A stretch of DNA of 32,000 nt, taken from positions 330,001 through 362,000 of the forward strand of contig NZ_LT671858.1 in the NCBI RefSeq assembly GCF_900083515.1, read 5' to 3'. Shown here one piece after another: positions 25,688-32,000 of this stretch (the stretch's first letter is position 1; each line of letters opens with the position of its first letter). The stretch comes from Cuniculiplasma divulgatum. Lineage in GTDB: Archaea; Thermoplasmatota; Thermoplasmata; Thermoplasmatales; Thermoplasmataceae. Below the pieces are notes generated by a model. It did no database searches. It saw nothing but the letters and a program-made list of their open reading frames with translations, and was not told the origin of the DNA. The position numbers and the translations under genes are program-made.

Positions 25688-26626
25688 TCATCTCATTCTT
25701 ATCTTTATTAATCTTCTAATTCTGTTACCCTTTGGTTTTTGTTTAATAATGCTGTACTGGCATAGCAGTATTGATATTATTATCAAAAATCCTCCAAAAT
25801 ACTGGAAATCTCCAAGATATTGATCCAGAAAGATCGAAGAGCCAAGAGATGCAGATATGGGTTCCATTGTCCCACTCAATGCCGCCGAAGAAGCACTTAT
25901 CTTTCTCATTCCATAAGAATAGAGGGTAAAGGCAACCAATGTTCCAACCACAGAAACAAAAAGAATCAGAAAAATAGCCAAGGGGATTGATCCGGGATTC
26001 AGAGTTCTTACAAAATTTAAAATTGGCATTATGCCTGTTGGTATGCTTATCAAAGCTGCAAAAAAGAAGCCCCATGAAACAACCGATATGGAGCCATATT
26101 TTCTTACCAGTGGAGATGAGATTACCGTATATATAGCAGCACTTAATGCACATATCAATCCCACAATCAATGCATCAAGCGATATTCGGAGCGTCGAATC
26201 CGGATTAATAGAAATTGTCAGAAGAACTATCCCGATCAGTGATAGTATCAATCCAGCAAGAAGAAGGAGTGAAAACCTTATCTTTCTCATTATGAGTTCA
26301 AAAAGCACTACCATCGGGAAATACAAAAACTGGAGAAACGTGGCTGTAGGAGCGTTTGAAAGATCGATTGTTTCAAGGTATGATAGTTGAAGAATAAAGG
26401 TAGTTGCAACATAGATTGCAAAAAGTTTTAAATCGCTTCCTGGAAATTTTGGCTTAAATAATATAAGCATAAGAGCACTTGAAACAATGAGACGAATAGA
26501 AAGAAGTGCAAGAGGATTCATTCCAAGCACTTCAAAGAGAGCACTGGACGCTGTACCAGACAATCCCCACAGTGTAGCCCCTGTTATGGAAATCAAGAAG
26601 GGCTTTAATGATCCTTTATCTTCCAA
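25688..26626 (-). CDS. EamA/DMT-superfamily transporter
   Basis: About 10 hydrophobic helices arranged as two EamA-like halves. The N-terminus ITGATLWGLSGTA is typical. Only a TTG start is available at 26626, so the start is uncertain. Confidence 0.75.
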   Translation of the reverse strand: MEDKGSLKPFLISITGATLWGLSGTASSALFEVLGMNPLALLSIRLIVSSALMLILFKPKFPGSDLKLFAIYVATTFILQLSYLETIDLSNAPTATFLQFLYFPMVVLFELIMRKIRFSLLLLAGLILSLIGIVLLTISINPDSTLRISLDALIVGLICALSAAIYTVISSPLVRKYGSISVVSWGFFFAALISIPTGIMPILNFVRTLNPGSIPLAIFLILFVSVVGTLVAFTLYSYGMRKISASSAALSGTMEPISASLGSSIFLDQYLGDFQYFGGFLIIISILLCQYSIIKQKPKGNRIRRLIKIRMR

Positions 26627-26770
26627 ATCTACTGAATAGTTATTTTTTTCATAGATATAAATTCATTTTAAGCAGGCTCTACTGTGACAATTGCATCTCA
26701 TCATTCTGAACTTTGCTATATAAAAGGATTATGAGATTAATATTATTAACATTCTAATGATAACACAGTA

Positions 26771-26935
26771 ATGATCTCTGGGACTGAAAAGATATGTGGA
26801 ATCTGTGGAACTAAATTTATTTGCGGCACAATGGGAGGTTGCTGGTGTACAAACGTTAAGGTAACACCGGCGAAGAAGCATCTTATTTCACGCCTGACCA
26901 ACGAGTGTGTTTGCCCAGAATGCCTAAAAAGTTAG
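26771..26935 (+). CDS. Cysteine-rich CWC-type miniprotein (54 aa; not in the ORF track)
   Basis: My translation is MISGTEKICGICGTKFICGTMGGCWCTNVKVTPAKKHLISRLTNECVCPECLKS. The pattern CxxCGxxFxC...CWC...CxCxxC matches what I recall of the Cys_rich_CWC family. An AT-rich TATA-like stretch sits about 26 nt upstream. Confidence 0.6.
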   Translation: MISGTEKICGICGTKFICGTMGGCWCTNVKVTPAKKHLISRLTNECVCPECLKS

Positions 26936-26978
26936 TTTACTTCTATTGAATTGGAATGTAAAAATTAATTATATTATT

Positions 26979-27563
26979 ATGCATAAAGTCAGGGTAATGG
27001 ACAGGGAAAAACAATTCAGCTTAAAGGCATCTCTCTCCTACGGACTGCCACTTTTGATCATACCTCCAGTTCTGCTTATTATTGTATTAGTGATCAACAA
27101 CTTCTATTTTCTGGAATATTTTCACGTAATTTCAGGGTCTGCATGGACAGGAATGGATCTGGTAATGGGACTGTTTTTTTCATTCATAATGAAAGGACTA
27201 AATCCTTTACAGAGAAGTGAAGTATCAAAAAGATTGATTCCGGTTATGCTGTTTTTCATGCCAGCAATATCTACAGTTACAATAACTGCCGGAATATACA
27301 CAGCCATAGCACTAAACATAAGTTTCTTCAATATATACTTCATAATAGTTGCAATACTGGCACTTGCTTTAATGATACAGGGGCTTTTAATTTTTCTTCC
27401 CAATGAAGTTAGAATTTATCTGGAAATCCTAAGGGGTGGAAAAAACATTGAAAAAATCGTTCGACTAACTATGTTTAACCTTAAACTTTCTATTCTCCAG
27501 CTAATCTTCCAGATTGTCATAATCCTATTTATGGCAAAATTTGCGACAGGGGGTGCTCTATGA
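26979..27563 (+). CDS. Uncharacterised 5-TM membrane protein, paralogue A
   Basis: There are five hydrophobic segments. The motif YFHVISGSAWTGMDLVMG is shared with the downstream paralogue. Candidate starts are 26946 (TTG), 26979 and 26997 (both ATG). Confidence 0.65.
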   Translation: MHKVRVMDREKQFSLKASLSYGLPLLIIPPVLLIIVLVINNFYFLEYFHVISGSAWTGMDLVMGLFFSFIMKGLNPLQRSEVSKRLIPVMLFFMPAISTVTITAGIYTAIALNISFFNIYFIIVAILALALMIQGLLIFLPNEVRIYLEILRGGKNIEKIVRLTMFNLKLSILQLIFQIVIILFMAKFATGGAL

Positions 27564-28120
27564 CTCTGATAGATGCAATTAAAAAACAGAGATTCGCAAG
27601 TGGTATGATAATAGTACCATGGTTGTTTTTTATAATATTTGTAGCCAGTGGAAACTTACTGTTGCTGGATTATATACACGTATTGATTGGAGCTATCTGG
27701 ACAGGTACTGATGTTTTCCTTGGACTCATATTCAACAGGGTGATTAAAACTCTTGACGGAAGGACAAAATATGATATCTCTCAGAGGATATTACCAATGA
27801 GTCTATACTTCATACCTTCAGCCACGATTCTAACTCCACTTGCCGGAATGATTTTAGCCATAAAAGAAAATGCGTTTAATGGTTTATCAAATGAGTTTAT
27901 TGTTTCTTTATTTGTAATAGGGATTATTCTTTTAATTATAAGTTTCATTCTAATTTTACCGACGTCACTGAAGATAAGAAATCTCGCTAATGAAATTGGG
28001 GAGGAAGTGAAATTTGCTAAATCATCTTATCTCCTGAAGAAGTTGACAATATATGGTGGAATACAATTGCTTTTTCAGGTGATAATAATTGGTTTTATGG
28101 CTTATCTTGTGGTATTCTAA
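27560..28120 (+). CDS. Uncharacterised 5-TM membrane protein, paralogue B
   Basis: Collinear with paralogue A: YIHVLIGAIWTGTDVFLG, ISQRILPMSLYFIPSA against VSKRLIPVMLFFMPAI, and LLFQVIIIGFMA against LIFQIVIILFMA. ATGA stop/start overlap with A. Confidence 0.7.
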   Translation: MTLIDAIKKQRFASGMIIVPWLFFIIFVASGNLLLLDYIHVLIGAIWTGTDVFLGLIFNRVIKTLDGRTKYDISQRILPMSLYFIPSATILTPLAGMILAIKENAFNGLSNEFIVSLFVIGIILLIISFILILPTSLKIRNLANEIGEEVKFAKSSYLLKKLTIYGGIQLLFQVIIIGFMAYLVVF

Positions 28121-28236
28121 ATTTAAAGTGTACCAATTCAAACTTTCCAGAAGAGGGTAGAGAAATGGAATTTCAAGCAGATAGGTTCAATTAATTAACC
28201 ATAAAAAATCTTATCTCTCTTTGAATGAGATCATAA

Positions 28237-28572
28237 TCATTTTTTCACAATTACGATGGATTTTTTATTAAATATATGTGAGAAATGGCTCAAATATTTC
28301 TCAGTTTCATAATTATTAAACTCTGTTCTTTTCATTGTAAAAAGTTGTACAGTTGTAGACATCATACTATGTCTTGACATATTTCCTCCCAAATGCAATA
28401 GGAATGCCTCCCAACACTTTGTTCTGTACAAATATCAAGGAATAGTGTTATCATTAAGTTTTAGCGATAGCCTTTTCTGTTTAATCCCTAAATGAAAGAC
28501 TTTTGCAAAAGAATGTTTGGCAATCAATTTAAGGGTCTTTGCTTTGTCCAAAAAGTTTAGCAATTCCCTCAT
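28237..28572 (-). pseudogene. Disrupted ORF (45 + 66 codons in one frame separated by an in-frame TGA); possibly a gene or IS remnant
   Basis: On the minus strand, MRELLNFLDKAKTLKLIAKHSFAKVFHLGIKQKRLSLKLNDNTIP is followed by TGA at 28435-28437. The same frame continues YLYRTKCWEAFLLHLGGNMSRHSMMSTTVQLF... Its resemblance to N-terminal regions of IS4-type transposases is weak and from memory only. Confidence 0.25.
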
Positions 28573-28695
28573 ACATCAACCATCACTCTTATCGCCTTTT
28601 CCATCTAAATCACTCTAAAAACTCAGAACGCCATAAAATCCTTATCTAAATAACGTTTTCCAAAACACATTTATAAAAAGCTACAATAACCCCCT

Positions 28696-29691
28696 ATGTT
28701 ATTCGGAACTCCCTTAAATGAGTTTTTAGTTATAGTACTCGGGGGGATAATTGCAGGTGTGATAGGCTCCCTTACTGGTCTGGGAGGTGGATCTGTGCTT
28801 GTTCCGGTTTTAACTCTATTTTATGGTGTACCAATTGATTTTGCCATAGGTGCGAGCTTGATATCGACAATAGCCACTTCTGCTGGGTCTGCCAGTACAT
28901 ACACAAAAAAAGGAATTGCTAATATTAAAATTGGCGTGGGTCTGGAAGTTGCAACAACTCTAGGTGCTGTGGTGGGTGCATTAACCTTCATTTTAGTTAC
29001 TCGAGAAGATTTGGAGTGGGTTTTATACTTACTATTTGGAATAGTCCTTCTAACTTCCCTCATTCCAACTATACAGAGAGGTAAGTATGAATTTCCAGAG
29101 GCAAAAATGCCTGATTTTACAAGCAGGGCATTTCAATTAACTGGAAAATACCACGATGATAGAGCCAAAAGGACTGTAACATATACCGGTGTGAGATGGT
29201 GGCTGGGAGAAATAATAATGTTCTTTGCTGGCCTTTTATCTGGGTTACTTGGCATAGGAAGCGGTGCACTAAAAGTTCTTGGAATGGACTGGGCAATGAA
29301 TCTCCCAATGAAGGTGACCACAACAACAAGTAACTTCATGATAGGGATAACAGCTGCAACAGGAAGCAGTATTTACTGGTACGCTGGTTATATAAGTTTC
29401 TTTCTGGCAGCGGCCACTGCAATAGGAGTAGTTGTTGGATCCAGAGTCGGGTCCCACGTACTTATGAGGATATCCAACAAAGAAATAAGATGGATATTCT
29501 TTGCAATTCTCTCTTTCCTTGGTATAGACATGCTTTTCAAGGGGTTGAGAGAAGGAAAAATATATCATCTTTCAAGCTTATATTCATTTTCAATTGCCAT
29601 AGGTGCATCAGTAATTTTGATAATTCTACTATTCTTATATACAAACAGGGGGGTGAAATCAAGTGGAGGAAATATCACAAAAGCTAATTGA
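28696..29691 (+). CDS. TauE/SafE (DUF81) family anion/sulfite exporter-like membrane protein
   Basis: GIIAGVIGSLTGLGGGSVLVPVLTLFYGVP and a second repeat LLSGLLGIGSGALKV. The two-repeat polytopic layout is typical of the family. Confidence 0.82.
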   Translation: MLFGTPLNEFLVIVLGGIIAGVIGSLTGLGGGSVLVPVLTLFYGVPIDFAIGASLISTIATSAGSASTYTKKGIANIKIGVGLEVATTLGAVVGALTFILVTREDLEWVLYLLFGIVLLTSLIPTIQRGKYEFPEAKMPDFTSRAFQLTGKYHDDRAKRTVTYTGVRWWLGEIIMFFAGLLSGLLGIGSGALKVLGMDWAMNLPMKVTTTTSNFMIGITAATGSSIYWYAGYISFFLAAATAIGVVVGSRVGSHVLMRISNKEIRWIFFAILSFLGIDMLFKGLREGKIYHLSSLYSFSIAIGASVILIILLFLYTNRGVKSSGGNITKAN

Positions 29692-30076
29692 AATTGTAAG
29701 CGTTATACTAAAGGTAGCAGTCTATCTTAGTATGGGCAGTATAATAGTTGGAGTAGTACTTCTATTCATAAAGAATGGTGCTGATGGTTACTCCCTGAGC
29801 ACTCTGGCCAATTACAGTAATTACAGTGTTGCTAAAAGTTACTCATCAATAATATTTTCTCCGACGAAAATCCCTGAGGGAATTATTACATTGGATCCAC
29901 TGGGTTTCATCTCTCTTGGCTTATGGGTTCTGATTTTCACTCCAGTAAGTGTTTTATTTACCTCCCTAGTTGACTATATCTACCAGAAAAACAAACTTTA
30001 CGTAGTACTTACCTTTCTAGTCCTATTCAATCTCTTTACTGCAATCTTCATAATTCCAAGCTTTGTCCATCTTTGA
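29663..30076 (+). CDS. DUF1634-like small membrane protein (usual partner of DUF81/TauE genes)
   Basis: 137 aa with 3-4 TM helices. GTG start overlapping the end of the TauE-like gene by 29 nt. The family call rests on size, topology and the known DUF81-DUF1634 gene pairing. Confidence 0.55.
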   Translation: MEEISQKLIEIVSVILKVAVYLSMGSIIVGVVLLFIKNGADGYSLSTLANYSNYSVAKSYSSIIFSPTKIPEGIITLDPLGFISLGLWVLIFTPVSVLFTSLVDYIYQKNKLYVVLTFLVLFNLFTAIFIIPSFVHL

Positions 30077-30133
30077 GGCTAAAAATTAAAGAAAAACATT
30101 ATTAATTTTATTGAAATAGCCAGTTGATGCTTT

Positions 30134-31588
30134 ATGCTTAAGTTTGATCGCGTCAAGATTCAAGAGGAAGATCCAAAAGAGAGAAGCAAAAGCTTTACTA
30201 TAGAGCCAATGAAAGAGTATACCACGGAGGAGGCAACAGCTGAAGCATCAAGATGTATTGGCTGCAACATATGTACGCAGGCTTGTCCCGCTAGTCTTGA
30301 TATAGGTGCATATATAAACAGTACAGCTGTGGGTGATCCCGCCCAGACTGTAAGAATTGTTTTTGAGAATCTACCATTCCCTGCAATAATAGGGAGGGTT
30401 TGTACGCATAATTGCGAGGATATATGCGTGATGTATGACACCGGTGGACCACTTGCTATAAGGCATTTAAAGAGATACGCGGCAGACCAATTTGATGATT
30501 ATGGAAAAATATTAAATGTAAAGAAGAGGTCATTCATAAATAAGAGGGTTGCAGTCATAGGTGCAGGTCCAGCAGGATTAAGCGCTGCATACTATTTATC
30601 AATTCAAGGAGTAAGGGTAACTGTCTTCGAGTCACTGCCCGTTATGGGTGGGTTCATGAGAGTTGGAATTCCACGTTATAGACTCCCATTTGAAGTTATT
30701 GAAAAGGAAACTGGTTATATAACCTCAAATGGAGTTGAGGTTAAATTAAATACAAAGGTTGGAACGGATATCACATTCAAGGAGATCCTGAATAGTTATG
30801 ACGCAGTATTTCTTGGGGTAGGTACACATAAACCAAGAATGACTGGTACACCAGGTAGCGATGCAAATAATCTAATGCATGCAACAGAGTTTCTTAGAAG
30901 AACAGCGCTGGGTGAAAAGTTACCGGTGGGCAATAAGGTAATTGTGATAGGTGGTGGATTTACAGCGAACGATGCAGCAAGATCATCACTTAGACTGGGG
31001 GCCAATGAGATAAATATAATGTACAGAAGGAGAGAGGTAGATCGTCCTGGTTACCCTTCAATGAATGCAGATGAAGAAATGGAAGAATCTCTTGGTGAAA
31101 GTGTAAATTATATGTGGGAAGTGACCCCTTTTGAATACGTGAAGGAAGGGGATAGAATAGTTCAGGTCAAATACTGGAAAAACCAGATGGTTCAGGATAC
31201 AGGTGGTAGAGCCAAACCTGTACCACAGAAGGAAAAGACATTCACGATGGATGTGGACTTTGTGATTGAGGCAACAGGCCAGGAAACAGACTTCTCATTT
31301 CTGGGTGAGGAATATGCAAGGCAGCTACGCTTAACCCCTCATGGAGGAATAATTGTGGATCAGAGGGGAATGACAAGCATAGAAGGTGTATTCTCAGGAG
31401 GAGATTCCACCAACATGACCCACGATCTGATCAGCGCAGTTAGAGATGGAGACATCGCAACACTCGGAATTTTGGACTATCTTAATCTTATGGACAAGGT
31501 AAATGAAGAATACCTGCCACTCCTTGACAGATGGAAAAAATTCTCCCCTATGGCTGCAAAACTTGCCTACGCAGATAGAGTAAAATAA
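30134..31588 (+). CDS. GltD/SudA/NfnB-like NAD(P)H-dependent FAD oxidoreductase with N-terminal Fe-S region
   Basis: CIGCNICTQACP plus CTHNCEDIC (Fe-S ligands), RVAVIGAGPAGLSAAYYL (FAD), VIVIGGGFTANDAA (NAD(P)H) and GVFSGGDS. Confidence 0.85.
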   Translation: MLKFDRVKIQEEDPKERSKSFTIEPMKEYTTEEATAEASRCIGCNICTQACPASLDIGAYINSTAVGDPAQTVRIVFENLPFPAIIGRVCTHNCEDICVMYDTGGPLAIRHLKRYAADQFDDYGKILNVKKRSFINKRVAVIGAGPAGLSAAYYLSIQGVRVTVFESLPVMGGFMRVGIPRYRLPFEVIEKETGYITSNGVEVKLNTKVGTDITFKEILNSYDAVFLGVGTHKPRMTGTPGSDANNLMHATEFLRRTALGEKLPVGNKVIVIGGGFTANDAARSSLRLGANEINIMYRRREVDRPGYPSMNADEEMEESLGESVNYMWEVTPFEYVKEGDRIVQVKYWKNQMVQDTGGRAKPVPQKEKTFTMDVDFVIEATGQETDFSFLGEEYARQLRLTPHGGIIVDQRGMTSIEGVFSGGDSTNMTHDLISAVRDGDIATLGILDYLNLMDKVNEEYLPLLDRWKKFSPMAAKLAYADRVK

Positions 31589-31698
31589 AAAATCAACAGC
31601 CTCTATTTAACACTTTTAAGAGTAAATAGATTGCATGGAGATAATCTTAGGGTAACAGCGACAATGTTTTTAATCTTCTATGTTTCTCTTCCGTCATA

Positions 31699-32000
31699 AT
31701 GAATGCCAATCGCAGGATACTGGTAATTGGATCGCCAGGTTCAGGAAAATCAACATTTTCAAGAGAATTATCAGAAATAAGATGCATTCCAATATACCAC
31801 CTTGATAAAATATTCTGGAAGAGTGGATGGAATCCAATACCAGAGGAAGAATTTAAAGATAAATTGATAAAAATACTGCAAACTAATGAATGGATAATGG
31901 ATGGAAATTATTCACAAAATCTGGTCATGAGAATGAAGTATGCACAGACAGTTATATTCCTGGATATACCATGGATATTGTGTACATTGAGGGTTATTAA
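31699..32000 (+). CDS. P-loop NTPase of the adenylate-kinase/topology-modulation (FlaR-like) type, 3'-truncated by the window
   Basis: My translation is MNANRRILVIGSPGSGKSTFSRELSEIRCIPIYHLDKIFWKSGWNPIPEEEF...WIMDGNY...VIFLDIP. It shows a Walker A and the HLD..W/DGNY/FLD pattern. The frame is open to the window end. Confidence 0.7.
   Translation, partial: MNANRRILVIGSPGSGKSTFSRELSEIRCIPIYHLDKIFWKSGWNPIPEEEFKDKLIKILQTNEWIMDGNYSQNLVMRMKYAQTVIFLDIPWILCTLRVI

Noticed and set aside
25743-26390. ORFs 25743-26153 (minus, alternative frame) and 26031-26390 (plus) inside the EamA gene
   Set aside because: The EamA frame gives a coherent 10-helix DMT transporter. These alternative frames have no motifs.
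1-32000. Search for CRISPR arrays, rRNA genes, TPP (THI-box) riboswitches upstream of transporters, and intact IS elements or integrases
   Set aside because: I found no regularly spaced direct repeats and no long GC-rich structured segment other than the tRNA. CTGAGA cores occur only inside coding regions without the rest of the THI-box. No DDE or tyrosine-recombinase-like ORF is present.

Overview
This is an AT-rich, gene-dense archaeal chromosomal segment. Gene content, including an exosome/ribosomal super-operon, TFS, Pelota, Pus10 and SRP54, together with sequon-rich membrane proteins, suggests a Thermoplasmata/Ferroplasma-like acidophile; that is inference only. I see no rRNA genes, CRISPR array or intact mobile element.

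Gene order:
- A very large glycoprotein-like membrane protein, probably 5'-truncated by the window edge, plus a small bitopic partner.
- UbiX, a Mut7-C RNase and Pelota.
- tRNA-Leu(UAG), then a roughly 1.1 kb cassette carrying an RHH/MazF toxin-antitoxin pair, ending at a decayed second tRNA-Leu copy.
- Small-molecule enzymes: an MBL-like protein, a VOC protein and an SDR.
- Endonuclease III, an FAD protein, SRP54 and TFS.
- A tightly packed 6.5 kb information-processing operon: SBDS, Rrp4, Rrp41, Rrp42, L37Ae, RpoP, Pus10, L21e, RpoF, DUF655, KsgA.
- A 770 bp gap containing a 34-codon zinc-finger ORF.
- Stomatin, then an isochorismatase-like/2PGK-like pair.
- An SSADH-like aldehyde dehydrogenase next to an acetolactate-synthase-like TPP enzyme.
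- An EamA transporter.
- A Cys-rich CWC miniprotein with two tandem paralogous 5-TM proteins.
- A disrupted ORF.
- TauE/SafE with DUF1634, a GltD/SudA-like flavoprotein and a partial P-loop kinase.

The most unusual items are:
- the CWC plus paralogous-membrane-protein cassette;
- the giant ectodomain protein with a winged-helix-like cytoplasmic tail;
- the tRNA-bracketed TA mini-island;
- the possible 2-oxoacid decarboxylase/SSADH pair.

All functional calls come from motif recognition by eye. No database search was run.
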